Assembly (NCBI RefSeq): GCF_009914755.1
Contig: NC_060928.1
Source: the human T2T-CHM13v2.0 reference genome, Homo sapiens
DNA length: 64,000 bases
Direction: 5' to 3' (one strand)
Below the pieces are notes generated by a model. The model saw only the letters and a program-made list of their open reading frames with translations, did not search any database and was not told the origin of the DNA. Position 1 is the first letter of the stretch, and every line of letters starts with the position of its first letter. The translations under genes and the position numbers were made by a program. This document shows positions 1-14,376 of this stretch, piece after piece.

Positions 1-2339
1 GAAACTATCCTTGAAAAATTCCCAATAGTGTCTATTTCCCAGTTAGAGAAACAAAATATTAAGGTGCATTGGAGCAGATTTTTTAATCTTGTGAAAAATC
101 TTTTGAATATTGTTTATGAGGTACTTAGGCCATTTAACTGGGAAAGATGTAATTGTGCACTGTTAGGCTTGAGAAAATGCAGGCTGGAAGGTATATCTAT
201 TGCTTTCCCTGCTAGACACCTTGTATTTTGGGAACTGTACTACAATTTCTGCAAATTGCCCTTTCTATCCATGCAGATGCAGTGGGAGCTTCTATGTTCA
301 TTAATATCCCTACATTTAATTAAACACTTGACCTACAAGAGGCTGATCATAATTCCCTGATGCCTAATAAAAAGGGTAATTTTGGGAGTAGCTCATATCT
401 TAGGATATAAAACTCCAGAGTTGTCGACAGCCGTGATTTCTGCTGCTGGAAAAAAAATGATCATTAATAGTACTAGATGAAAAAGGAAAGATGCAGAGAA
501 GAGAAGTAATTAGATAAAGATGATGTTCCAATTTGAGACAGAGTTTTTATCTGACGCCCTCCACATTTGTCTGTTTGCCCCATTAACAATCAAGGATTAC
601 TATAATTAATTCACTTATAACTAAGTAAAATGGATTTGGGTTTCTGTTACCTGTACCCCAAAGAGTCTTAGCCAATACATCTACTTATCTGTATACTCCT
701 TGGTATATGAATCTGATCGTCCCTAGGAATACACAGGCAAATCTACAGAGTGAACAGAACCTTCTAAGATGAAAGAGATTGAAGTCATCACTCCCTTTTT
801 TTTTTCCTGAGGTGCAACATTATTGAAACGTTTCTGTTGGGTTTAAGTGGATATTCTGCTGTCAGCTGGCAAGAAAACATAGCATAATAGAGAAAGAAAT
901 TTGAATGGATGACTAAATTTCATCCTAGGATGACCTAGGCTCATTTTTGTCCAGAAACTGAATAAAATATAAGACAGTTCTAGCACTGTGAAAATTTCTT
1001 TGAAAAAATTACTGTGTGGGCATGTTGGGGGCCAGGGTGCGGGGGCCCACTAAGGTACAGCGTCATCGGGAGCTCAAGCTCAGGGTGGAATAACTGAACC
1101 ACGCATAGCGTAACAGTGGAGAGTTTTCTTGTTTTTCCTCACCTTAAAAACTATTGCCCGAATAGTGGCACATGTAGGTAAATACACCAAACGAGGGCAT
1201 TGCATCAGATCATGGGGGATCTTCCGTTTTCAATAGCAGTGAGGCAGCAACATCAGCAAAGCAAAAGAGAATGGGACCATACATGAAGACTGAGGACTAC
1301 TTAGATTATGTAGGGTTTTTTTCTCTGTACAATACTTGTAACTGTGACACCTTGAACTGGGTAAAGCTCCAAGGGTAGATGGACCTACAGTCAGAATGCA
1401 GTTACATCAGGAGAGAACGTTTCTCTCAGCTGTGTGGTAAGCACTCAGGTCATTTGAACTGATATCCAACAGTGATTACACCGATTACAAATGGTAAAAT
1501 TAAGGTACAGAGTTTGTCATAAAATATGTCAAATATTGACATAAATATGGCAATATTTATGACATAATATTAATGTAAATATGACGTTTTAAAATATGTC
1601 AAATATTTCACCACTTTAAAGACAAATAACAATCCATGTAGAAATAAAAACTACCAGAAATTTATCAATATATTATAATATTTGACTTCAGGCAATGTGG
1701 CTATGTGGACTTTCTTCTTCCCTTTACTTTTCCATTTTAAATGAATTTTATGATCAACATGAATAACTTAAAGTGGGAAAATATTTGAAGTTTTTTGAAT
1801 ACAGCACACTATTTAAAATTAATACTTTAATGACTAAATTATACTTTTCTGAGAAAAAGTTAACCTCAAAACATTGGTGACATTCATGTTTAAATATCTA
1901 CGCATCATGAATATCACAAAGAAAATATCCTGAAAGTAAAATACAATATAGAATGAGAATTTTGATGGTTTGAATGCTTGTCAAATTCTGTATCATATAT
2001 TATTTTTTTCCACAGATAAACTAGCATGACATTTTAATCTGTAGCCTCAGGGAGATTAGTACTGTCTGGGTGAGTCCCAAGCAAAATTGGTCATTTTAAA
2101 ATAAACACATTTAAAAAATAAATCTTTACTATTTTTGGAACTGTCACTATGTCAGCATGTTGCCTTTTATGGAGTTTGATCAAGTGCTACTCACTGTCAG
2201 ACAATACTAGTTGTCAAACTTTGCAATTAGCATATATTAAGGAAATAGTTTAGTTGCAGAGCTGTTACCAGTTGTGAGACACAAGTATACTATCAGATTA
2301 TTTAATTTGAATGTGGACTGTGCCTATTAAAGTTTAAGT

Positions 2340-3150
2340 TTAATCTTTATATCGTTAAGGACTCTTTTGATTTAAGTGATAGGAAAGCCAATCCAAAGTG
2401 TTTAAGCAAAAAGAATTTTTGATATATGTAAATTAAAAATCTGAGGATGTATCTATCTATATATTTTTTCCTCAACCAGGAAGAACCTAGTCTCTCTTCT
2501 TCATCTCTATCTGCTTTCCTCTGTGCCAATTCCATTCTCTGACATGCTTGTTCCTCATTCTGGCAACATAGTTACATCTTTATAAGTCTAAGTTCGTAGA
2601 AAAGAGGAAGCTTTTTCCCTATGAATATGCATAAAAGTGCAGGGCCTGATTCTCACTCCAGATCTGTCACAAATCCATCACTGAATGGATCACTGGAACC
2701 GGAAGACAGATATAGCACAGATTAGCCTAGGTTATGGCATGATAGCAAAACTCTCAAATCCCAAGGGCTTAAATGACAATCTTTGCATCTGTCATGGCCA
2801 TCAAAGGTAGGCTGCTTCTTGGTCATCCTCACTCTAGATAGAACAGCCACTGTTCGGTTGCTATCACTGTGGCAGAAGAAAGACCTTTGGATAGACCTAT
2901 ATTAGCAATTAAGTCCTTGGCCTCAAAGTGACACATATTTTTTTTCATTCACATCATTTACTGGAACTAGTCACTTGGCCCCACTCAACCACAGAGGCCA
3001 GGAAGTGTAACCCTGTCATGTATTCAGATCAGGGTGAAACTGGATATTCTGGTGAGCAGCATTAATGAATGACCAATGCATTATTTGGCTCAGGTTATAT
3101 ACCCAATGGTCCTGGGAGTAGGGACCAGCCCCACTACCCTTGGGAGCCTG
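2340..3150. mobile_element. Old ERVL-MaLR (MLT1-type) LTR fragments
   Basis: Degenerate MLT1-like motifs such as ggaactagtcacttggccccact and tggtgagcagcattaatga; boundaries approximate. Confidence 0.45.
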
Positions 3151-4223
3151 TTGGTCTCCACAAATACTTTAGGTTTTGACAGAAAAGAAAGTGAATGAAT
3201 GCTATCAGAAAAAAATTACATTGAAGTCAATTTCTAGTAAATGACCAATATTCTGGATTCAGTAAGAGTATAACTTCCTGTGTGAATAAATTATTAACTT
3301 CCAAGGGTTATAGAATTTACCATATCTGTGGTTATAACCCAACAGCATAAAAGTAAACGTTATTTTTCCCCTAAGCTCCTAATTTTAATCTAGCTGATCT
3401 CCTGAAGTAACCAATACAGAGTAAGAAGTTTTCAGAGTAGACATATTAAATCAAGTTCAGTTTCTAATCTGAATCTATGGGTCATAGGACAGGTCAACCT
3501 GTGAAAGTAAGTTGGTTTTTAACTTCTAGTTAAAACTAGAGTGTAACTCTAGTTCACTTGACAAATGAAGACATGAAATTCACATTCTGGTCTCCATTCA
3601 CATACCATGGCTTTGTCTCTTTGTGGAGTGTAGGTAGCATCATCAGACTAGGTATTTTTCCCCAAAGATGTTCAGTAATAGGGACTTTTCTTCCTTTAGT
3701 TGTAGGGAACAGATGTTCACTTAAACGAACTCAAGAAAAGAGTTTATTGTGAGGCTAAAACAGTGAACCTCTGCTTTCTCCATCTCTAGGACTATGTGGA
3801 TCCTCTCCTCTTGATTTTTCTCCTTTTTCTCTCTTAGCATCTATTTTTCCTTTCTGAATAATCTTTCTGCTTATTAATTTTCATTGACCAAGGTACCACA
3901 GAAACAGGACTGTGACAAGTTACAGTCCCTGGGCCACTTAGTCAAATTCCAAAGAAAAAGAATCAAATTGGCTGGCTGTTGGAAATTGGTATACTGTTAG
4001 TCACATGAGCTGTGGTTGGGGAAAAGTATCACATGGTACATACAGCCAATTTCTTCAGGGCCTTTGGGTGGGGCAGGCTACACAAGAAGGAAAATTGTAC
4101 AAGAAAGCAAATTGGCTGTGTCTACAGCAGAAAGCAGAGTTAGAATATTAATACTATTTATGCTCACTACAATTATAAGTGCTTTAGAAATATTAATTCC
4201 TTTAATTCTATGATGTTGGTACT

Positions 4224-4594
4224 TGTATTAGTCCATTTTCATGCCACTGATAAAGACATACCCAAGACTGGATAATTTATAAAGAAAAAGAGGTTTAATG
4301 GACTCACAGTTCCATGTGGCTGGGGAGGCCTTGCAATCATGGTGGAAGGTGAAAGGCATGTCTTACATGGCAGAAGGCAAGAGAGAATGAGAGCCAAGCA
4401 AAAGGAGAGACCCCTTATAAAACCATCGTATCTCATGAGACTTATTCACTACCATGAGAACAGTATGGGGGGAAACTGCCCCCATGATTCAATTATCTCC
4501 TACCAGGTCCCTCTCACAACATCGCAACACGTGGGAATTATGGAAGCTACAGTTCAAAATGAGATTTGGATGGGAGCACAGCCAAACCATATCG
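4224..4594 (-). mobile_element. THE1-family (ERVL-MaLR) solo LTR nested in a MIR
   Basis: tgtattagtccattttcatgc...ataaagacatacccaagactgg...cacagccaaaccatatc is the reverse of the THE1 consensus. 5-bp TSD gtact/gtacc. MIR-like sequence continues on both sides (about 4160-4223 and 4600-4760). Confidence 0.88.
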
Positions 4595-5151
4595 GTACCA
4601 TTATTATTTTCATATGATAGGTAAGAAAACAGACAGAAAGAAATCAAATAATTTGCCCATGGTCATACAGTTCATAAGAGGCAGAGTCACCCAGGCTTTG
4701 AAACTGGGCAGTTTTGCTCCTGGGTGTGTGCTCTTCCCTTTTTTGCTATACAACCACTCTTTGCTATTCTAGAGCATCTGGGTTTACATCAGCGAGTTTA
4801 TTAATGTTTTTGGGTACTCTCTTAAATCTATTTTGCCAGTTGCAAAAAGCTTGTCATTCTCCAAAGCTCATCTCAAATATTAGCATTTTCACTTTGCAAG
4901 CTTCCCGAACCTCTTGCTTCTGCTCCTAAACCACCCTGTACGTTTCTTTAATTATCACACAAGTCACCTTGTGCTGTAATCAGATAATACTGTGTTACTA
5001 CGTGCTTCTTTAGGGCAAGGGTTATATAGTTTGATCTCTGTGTTCCTGGTGCAAAGCATAATTCCTGGCACATAGTATGTACTTAATGAATTGTTATTAG
5101 ATCATTCACAATGAAAGAATGAATGCATTAAATAAGATTTATATCATGTAA

Positions 5152-5349
<198 letters not shown>

Positions 5350-5865
5350 TAATACCATCAAAAACAATCAAAGTTGATGATACTCTTTCTGATGGTCATA
5401 ACTGGTGTTTATAGAAATGGAATAGTAAGATTAAATTTTTATTCTTCGAATAGAAATATTAACCATTCTTTAAAGGGTACTTAAAATACAAACCAGAATT
5501 GACATGGGTATGCTATCTGTAATTTCATTTATGATAGTTAAACAAGTACTTTGGGAAAGCACTCATAACTACAGGTTTCTGCTAACTCCAAAATAGTTTT
5601 AAAATAGCACCTTCATTTCTGAAATACCATGGAGATAGTAATTAACTGTTCATATTATGCATATCTCATAACTATGTATAGATAAGCGGAATTTGTTACT
5701 TCAGTGCCCTCATTTTGCTTTCTCATTTCCATGTTTTCTAGACAGCCCATTATGAGAAGAGTTTTAGACAGATTTAAGGTTCATGAAGAGTAGCCACTCA
5801 TAGAGACAGGTGATCATATATCTAAAAATAGCTTTTATTTCATAATGGGAAGTTTTACATTTATG

Positions 5866-6180
5866 ATTGTCTTGAATCCAGTTTCCTAGGAATAGAGTCT
5901 GAGATGAAAAGCAAGTGATTTATTGAAAGAAAGCTCTTGGGTGAATCCTGTAGGGCAAAGGAGGAAGATGGAAAAAACCATGGTTTCAGATGAAGTATTT
6001 CTGTAGCCTGACACGCTCCGGGGAGCTCTGCAGTGCGAGTACCAAGGCGGCTGGCCTTACATCCCCACATTGGTCAGTCCTTGTCTATGGATGTAGGGCT
6101 GCTCTGGGTGAGGGCCTCTTTTAGGCCAAATCACTGAAGAAGAATTTGAGAATGGGTAGCCCAGTCCAGGGAAAGAGGTC
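5866..6180. mobile_element. ERVL LTR fragment (LTR16-like)
   Basis: tgtcttgaatccagtttcctaggaatagagtctgagatg...gtgatttattga resembles an LTR16-group terminus. Confidence 0.4.
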
Positions 6181-6600
6181 TGTATTAGTTTGTTAAGGCT
6201 GCTCTAACAATGTACCACATACTGGTGGCTTAAACAACAGAAACTTATTGTTTCACAGTTCTGGAGGCCAGAAGTACAAAATCAAGGTGCTAGCAGGGTT
6301 TGTTCCTTCCAAGGGCTGTGAGGGAAGGATCTGCCCAGGCCTCTTTTCTTGGCTTGTAGATGGCCATCTTCATGGTCTCAGGGTGTTTTCTCTGTATGCA
6401 TTTCTATGTGTTAAAATTTCCCTCTTTTATGACATCAGTCATACTGGATTAGAGAAGACCTTAACGACCTCACCTTAACCTGATTACTTCTGTAAAGTCC
6501 TTATCTCCAAATAAGGTCACATTCTGAGGTACTAGGGGATAGTACTTCAACATATGAATGTGTATGTGTGTGGGGAGGGTGAGACACAATGCAATTCCTA
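6181..6600 (-). mobile_element. MLT1 (A-C group) MaLR LTR
   Basis: tgtattagtttgttaaggctgct...ggtggcttaaacaacagaaac...cacagttctggaggccagaagt...aaataaggtcacattctgaggtactagggg. Confidence 0.8.
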
Positions 6601-6863
6601 CCAACGTCCATCCTAACGATCCTTCCCACCTACACAGAGATGCGTATTTTAATCCCCATTTAATTATGGTATACATTCTGCATCCTATGGAGTCAATAAA
6701 TTATTGTGCTCATCTTTCTCTTCTATATTTTAAATATGCTCTTTTGTAATTCTAATTAAAATATCACTTAAAATATGCTGCCATGTTTAGAGCTGAGCTG
6801 AGACTGTATGACTTCTTCGTTTAAGAACATGTTTTAGAATTTATTTTGATTTCAGCTGGTTTC

Positions 6864-7012
6864 TTTTTTTATTTATTTCTTTTTTTACAGAGATTGAGTT
6901 TTGCCATGTTGCCCAGGCTGGTGTTGAACTTCTGGGCTCAAGCGATCCACCCTCCATGGCCTCCCAAAGTGCTGGGACGCCTCCCAAGTGGCATGAGCCA
7001 CTGTGCCCAGCC
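6864..7012 (-). mobile_element. Alu monomer (FLAM or AluJ left arm)
   Basis: T-tail then ttgccatgttgcccaggctgg...ctcaagcgatcc...gcatgagccactgtgcccagcc. Confidence 0.85.
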
Positions 7013-7137
7013 TGAGCTGGTTTCTTGATGGCCAAGAGTTTCTTTACAATCATTAATGAATCTCACCTGTTGTCTTTGAGAATACTTGATTTTAAAAGAC
7101 GTCTGTTTGATATGACTCTTTTCTTGGGTGTTATTAG

Positions 7138-7557
<420 letters not shown>

Positions 7558-8150
7558 TAAACTTGTGTTACTAAGGAAACCTTCAGAGGATTGACGAGAG
7601 ACTTTAGGAAGTAGGAAGAGAAAAAGACTTATTTATTATACTTTTTTTGTTCCTATTTCTTTATTCTCTACTTAGGGAATGCATGTTCCTTTATGGGAAG
7701 ATTCTAAGTGACACTTTTTAGAAATAGCCTTCTTCACAGTTACTATCTGAGTCCAAGCTAGGATTATCTCTTTCCTACAGGAGTAAAGTTGCCTTCTAAG
7801 TGCTTCCATTATTGGCCATATGAAATCAATTACCATGTGGTAATAAGAGTGATCATTTAAAAACATAAATCATACTATATTATACCAGTGATTACAACCT
7901 TATTTTTACCTCCTATTCTATCTAAAATAATATCCAAACTCTTTAAGATGTTTTACAAAGAATCTAACCTGGGGGTCAGTGGACTCCCAAAAATGTGTGA
8001 ATAGATCTATATTTCAGTATTATTGCTATATTTTTTATTCCATGTATTTTATTTTATATTTTTCAAAGACTACTCTGAGAATCAATGGACAGTTTTCACC
8101 AAACTCTAAAGGAGTCTATGGGAAAAAAGAAATTAAGAATAATTGATCTA

Positions 8151-8431
8151 GGCTGGGTGTGTGGCTCACGCCTGTAATCCCAGCACTTTGGGAGGCTGAG
8201 GCAGGCAAATCACTTGAGGTCAGGTGTTTGAGACCAGCCTGGCCAACATAGTGAAACCTCGTCTCTATTCAAAATACACACAACACACACACACAAAAAT
8301 TAGTCGGGTGTGGTGGCAGGTGCCTGTAATCCCAGCCGCTGGGAGGCTGAGGCAGGAGAATCACTTGAACCCGGGAGGCGGAGGTTGCAGGTTGCAGTGA
8401 GCCGAGATCGCAGGTTGCAGTGAGCCGAGAT
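8151..8431 (+). mobile_element. AluS, 3'-truncated with an internal duplication and a CA-repeat linker
   Basis: ggctgggtgtgtggctcacgcctgtaatcccagcactttgggagg...; ends at gagccgagat with no A-tail. Confidence 0.92.
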
Positions 8432-8861
8432 ACCTTGCTTGCTTCTTTTCCCATATTTCTCTAGTGCTATTTTTGTTTTCACTCTAAATCTTACCACAAT
8501 TTGAAATTATTTAATTAATTTATTTACTTTTTGTTCATATAGTTATGCTATGTCCTTTACCCTTCACCGGAATGAAAACTTCATGAGGGCAATGACCATG
8601 TCTTTCTTGTTAATATATCCTCTGAGCCTAACATAGGAACTGGTATATCCAAAACTTTTTTTTTCTTTACAAAATGCTTTATTTTTTATATCAACCCAAC
8701 TAAACACTGACACCAGTAATGTATTACCAGTTATTGTACACTTTAATCAAATACACTGAAGAAATATCATTGACTGACAAATAAACTATCATCCTCATTT
8801 TTTCTGTACAATGTTTGATAGATTTATATCTAGAGAATGATTTCAACAACGAGTTTTTCAG

Positions 8862-9166
8862 CCCTTGTAGTCTCCAGTTTCTATTGTTGCCATCCTCATG
8901 TCCATGTGCACCTAAGGTTTAGCTCCCACTTATAAGAACATGCAGTATTAGGTTTTCTGTTTCTGCATTAATTTGCTTAGGATAATGACTTCTAGTTGCA
9001 TCCATTTTGTTGCAAAGGACATGATTTTGTTCTTTTTTGTGGCTGCATGGTATTCCATGGTGTATATGTACCACATTTTCTTTATCCAGTCCACCATTGA
9101 TGGGCACGTAAGTTGATTCCATGACTTTGCTATTGTAAATAGTGCTGCAGTGAACATGCAAGTGCT
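8862..9166 (-). mobile_element. L1 fragment (ORF2 C-terminus and start of 3' UTR; L1PA/PB age)
   Basis: ORF 8948..9157(-) MFTAALFTIAKSWNQLTCPSMVDWIKKMWYIYTMEYHAA... matches the L1 ORF2p C-terminal motif. Confidence 0.92.
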
Positions 9167-11359
9167 TTTGATAAGTGTGTAGTGAATGAATGATTATATG
9201 ACAGTGATGAGGAAAGCAAGCAGGATGAATATGAGAGGTGGCAGGAGAGATTACAGAAGTGAAGGAATAGATGAGACTAAAGAGTTCAAAGGAAAGAGAT
9301 GAAGAGAAAGAGAAAAGGAAGAAAAAGAACAAGAAGAGAAAACAGCTGTGTGGGAATAGAGAGGAAACGTCTTTGAAAGAGTTGCCATCACAACAATTTC
9401 TTTTTCATTAAGCCAACACCTTCCTCTTTCTAACTGCTTGCCCTGTGGTGGAATAGAATCAGACAGGTGTGTGTGTAAAAATGAGGTGAGAGGGAAAATT
9501 CCGGACAGGTTTTATGAAGATTTCTGTTCCAGGAGGCTTTCTACATACTTTACTTGAGGGGATGTGCTCCGTTTACTTATAAATTAATATGGATCCGATT
9601 TAATTTTATTATGCCTATTTTCTCTCTGATTCAGGAAATAGCTCCAAGCTTCATTGGTTCTTTTTTTGCTTCAAAAAAGGGACAAGGCTTGAAGCTGATG
9701 CTGCCCTCCCAGCTTTTTTGATATCTCAGGAATAAGTGAGACCTAAAGTGTCCCAATTTTAAGTGTCTATTCTACTGTCACATACAGGATCTCAGCATCT
9801 GAGCCAGCTGACGGGACTTAGTGAGCAAGTGACAAAGATGGCAGAGAAGGGGGCAGGGAAGAGAGAGGAGGGAGAGGAAGGAAGGGTGGAAGAGGCCCCT
9901 TCCTACTTGGCTTCCGGAGCAGAAACCACAGCGTCCACCCTGGAGAAATCTCTCTACTGAGACATAGTACTAAGCAGAAGGGTCCCACCCAAACGAATGA
10001 TGCAAATGATTTTCCTGTAATACTGTGGACAGCAGCTGTGTTTACCAACCACCCTAAATAGGAGTGCATTACTGTTCTACTCACAAGCAGTGGTACTGAA
10101 TATCCCACTGCCTGTTGTGGAGACCGGGGAGCACGTGCTAAACCAAGAGCGTCCAAGGCAGCCGTCACCTGTGCAATTCCTCCCTATAAGGGTTGGGGAA
10201 GAGTTCATCTTCATTCAGGGAAAATGAGCAGGCAGGATACCCAGATCCTGGGTTTGCTTTTCCTAGGGAGACAGGCTCAGATCTGGAGCCTCACTGGGTT
10301 TTTCTCTGCCTAAGAGGGAAAAGATCCTCAGTAAACAATTGATACCTCATCCTGGTAAAAGCATAGATCCATCCTTTTATCAGGGCCTAGCGTAGTCTCT
10401 GTGAATCTCAAAGAGATAAAGCTAGAGATTCTCTGCCTGGAGGGTTCTCCTCGCCCTCCCCACCCCCACCCTCACCCCCAGTTCTCTCCTGCTGTATCTT
10501 CAGATCTCACCTCAACTATCATGTTCTGAGAAGCTTTCTCTATCCTTCCTGATTATGTCAGACCTTATTTTATTTTTTAATAGTTCTATTATACTTTTGC
10601 AGATCCTCCTTTTTTCATTTGTGGCCTTTGTCACATGCAATTTTCTATTTTTTCATTTAATTGTTTGACCAATGCCAGTTTCTCCTACCATGGTCACATC
10701 CATGGAGGCACTGTCCTGCTGGTGGGCAGCATTCAGTCTCCATCCTATTGGAGGGCAGCATTCAGTCCCCAGCACCTAGGGCAGAGCCTGACAGTTAGAA
10801 TAAACTCAGTATTCATTGAAAGAAATGAAGACCAAAGTTTAGAAAAAAAGCATTATAGTATTAAGTGCAATTAAAAGTATTTAAAACTTTAATTAATAAA
10901 TTTAGATTACTGCCTTTGAGAAATGCCAAAATCTCTCTATTCACTTATAGAGAATATGAATGACTTTTCAGTGAAGGTCACAGGACATGGACTGTATTTC
11001 TATCTCTAATAGGAAGGAAGATGGATAGGTGCGTCCTTTGGTTTTTATGACGGTTTTTGGCATTCTTCTGGAAACAAGCTACAGCAAGCTTTCATTCTCT
11101 AGGTTAGAGTTGTCAGTTTAGCACTTGGATTATTGCATGTTATTCAAGCCCCAACTGCACACAAAATCCAGAAAGTGCCAGGAAGTGTTTTAATATGATT
11201 TTATATAATGACACCATGGCATCATCCATAACATCTAGTAATGCCCTGTGAGGTCTGCCTTTTAAAGTTGCCCTGAATGCCCTTTGGCCCAGGGAAGTGA
11301 TTTTTCTAGATATTCTATAGGATGTATCTCTACATCTATCTCTACACCTATATAATAAC

Positions 11360-12020
11360 CATTCTTTAATTTGCTCAACAAAAATTTGTTGATCTTAGGT
11401 ATATTAAAGTCTAATGAAGAAAGACAGAGAATAAGCAAATAAGTAAATAAAATGCATAGCTTAATTTGGGCTGAAAAGTGAATTATAGAAGAATAAAGCA
11501 GGGAAAGGATAGGGGGACCTTAAAGGGTGTAGCAGGCTTGCAGTTTTATCTCAGGGAAGACCTTTCTGGAAAGGTGACATTAAAAAAAAAAAAAAGTCTC
11601 TAAGCGGGTGAGGAAGCAAGCCATAATCCTATCTCAGGGAGTTTATCCCAGACAGAGGGATTGCCAGTGACACTGAACTCGGTGGCAACTTGCCTTGTGT
11701 GTATGAGGAACAATGGGAGCCTGAGATGGCTGGATCAGAGGGAGTGAGCACAGGTTGTGGGAGATGAGGTGAGAACTGATCATGCCTTGTAGGCCATTGG
11801 AAAGACTGCCTTTTCTGCTGAGTGATTTGGGGAAACATGAAGGGTTTTCAACAGAGAAGTGATCAGAGTTAGATTATAACTGCGTTGAGAATAGGCTTTA
11901 GAGCAAGAGGAGAAGCAAGGAGATCAGTTACTGTTTAATTGCAGTAAACCAGGCAAAAAATGGCATGGCTTAGAGGTAGAGCTGGTGGGGAATGGGTTAC
12001 AATATAGAAATACACTGAGC
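11360..12020 (-). mobile_element. L2 fragment
   Basis: Purine-rich L2-like motifs such as ggccattggaaagact, gggttttcaacagagaagtgat and ggagatcagtta; boundaries approximate. Confidence 0.6.
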
Positions 12021-13387
12021 CAGTGGTTCTCACAGGGTTTTTCTGGTTTCCCGGACTGCTAGCACTTTCAATTTTTTAAATATGACTTCCCTAAGCAAAA
12101 ATATTTATTGTTACATTTGTATTTTCTATGTCATCAATGAAAAATATTTAATGCCCATTATTGAGAAGAAAATATATTGCTATAAGGGACAGCAGGTAAT
12201 CCACAAAATATAAGTACATTCTGGAACTTTTTACATGACAAGTATTTACTAAATAGCTACTATCTCAAGACACTTCTAGGGGACTATATACTTAAGATAT
12301 TGAGAAAAAGAAAAAGATTCTCAAAAGGTCAATTACTGGTTGATTTTACACTTTGGGTATGGAATGAATGAGTTTTTCTTTTATTTCTCCTTTAAATATG
12401 CCAGTGAGGGAGGAAAAAAAAAAAAAAAACAGAGTAGTGCAGTTTCTTCATGCCACTTCTCTTTTTTTGGATTTATTTTTTGTTCAGGGGCCAGGAGTCT
12501 TTAAAATATATTATTATGCCTTAACAACAATGAAACTCCAACTTTCCAAAATTACATAATGGTTTCTGTTTACAACATGAAGATTATGCTATTTACTGCT
12601 AGTAAATCTTCAATAATTTCATCCCAACTACATATATAAATGTGATCTTTAGAGAGTTGCCCTAGAGGTCTTTAGTTTTAAAAATTGGTATACATTTTAG
12701 GTCTCAATTGAACCAGTGTGGCTATGCCTCACCCTCAACCCTTATATCCTCTGTGTAAACCATTTCTTATGAATAATTGTGCCCCCGGCAGAGAGTATAA
12801 TGTCTTTCAAGGGATAGAAGGGGAAATTTACTAATTGGTATTCCACAGGGACCAAAGTAGTAAAAGTTTTCTTGACAGCACTCTAGTAGTATGGAAACAG
12901 AAGTTAGCCAGATGTTACTCCAGTGAGCTGGAAACCCCAATTTACCTAATTTACTATTTAGATAACATTTAAATGACCCCAAATAGTCTACTTTTTTTTT
13001 TTTAACCAAAGTGAGACACTCTTAAGAAGACAAACCCTGGCTACTCATTTGTCTCCTAGGAATCTGTTTTTTTTTTTTTTCTTTTTTTCCAAGTAGCCAG
13101 GTTGCCTCTCAAATATAAACTTTTGCAAAGGGATCTACTCCTACACCATCTGTAATCTGGAGTTATTCTATTTCTAGATTTAACTGAGCTTTAGAAAAAT
13201 CACCAAAATGATCTCAAGCAGTCAGGACCGGGAGAAGGGTCATGGTATCTTCTACATCTCTCACTGAAGTCTTTGTTCACTGGGCAAAATGGAAAGTTTT
13301 CCATGAGGGAGAACTCTGGGCAGTCAACTGCATGCTGGCTTACAATAACCGAAGGAAGTTTCCATGTAGACATGAAAGCTAAATCTT

Positions 13388-13711
13388 GGCCAGGTGCGGT
13401 GGCTCATGCCTGTAATCCCAGCACTTTGGGAGGCCAAGGAGGGTGGATTGCTTGCCTTCAGGAGAGTTCGAGACCAGCCTGAGCAACATGGTAAAACCCC
13501 GTCTCTACAAAAAAAAAAAAAAAAAAAAATTACCCAGGCGTGGTGGCCCACATTTATAGTCCCAGCTGCTTGGGAGGCTGAGATGGGAGGACAGCTTGAG
13601 CTTGGGAGGTGGAGGTTTTAGTGAGCTGAGATTGTGCCACTGTGGAGCTGTGTCATTCCAGCCTGGGTGACAGAGTGAGGCTCAGTCTCAAAAAAAAAGA
13701 AAAGAAAAAAA
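13388..13711 (+). mobile_element. AluJ, full length
   Basis: Dimeric Alu with a long A linker and A-tail; degenerate TSD aaagctaaatctt/aaagcttcgtctt. Confidence 0.92.
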
Positions 13712-13829
13712 GCTTCGTCTTGACATTTCTTTAAACAATCTGAGTTTTTTTTTTTTTTTTTTTTTTTTGCATGCAAATTCCAAATAGTGGAAGAATCCTG
13801 CCTCTTATCATTTGCTATCATTGCTGTCA

Positions 13830-14100
13830 TTTACTGAGCACTTACTGTGTGCCAGGCCCTATGACAATTATTTTATCCAAATTTTCTCATTTCATTTCCT
13901 AAACAATCCTAGAAGTTAAGCTTTATTTCTCCTGTTCTAAGGGTAAGGAAGCTAAGGGAAGCTCAGGCTCTAAGAAGCTCAGAGATATGAAAAACAATGG
14001 ACAAGTATTAACAGATAAATATTACAGAATACACAAATCATAGAGGCTGCACTTGAACCTAGATCTATACATCCAAGACATATCATCTTAAGTGCTACAT
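13830..14100 (-). mobile_element. MIR
   Basis: catttactgagcacttactgtgtgccagg...gcacttgaacctagatcta. Confidence 0.6.
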
Positions 14101-14376
14101 TATAGCTTCCTACAAATTTTACAAATTTTGATGTAGACATATATTGCCTTAGGAAACATGGTAGTGTTTATTCTACTGTTGAAATAACAACGTGAAATAT
14201 CCTGATTGTCATGATAAAACCCCAGTAAGTGAAAGGTTATGTTCACAAAAGCTCTAGAATTTTCAGTAAGGAGTTGATAAAACATTTATATATTATCATT
14301 TTAGGAGAATCTGTCAGGTTTTCATAGAAATTTCAGTAACACAAATTCAATAACTATTACACCTGAAAGTTCTAGA

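Noticed and set aside
28-360. 110-aa ORF at the start of the window
   Set aside because: Non-ATG start, no recognisable domain and no compatible splice phase; presumably intronic.
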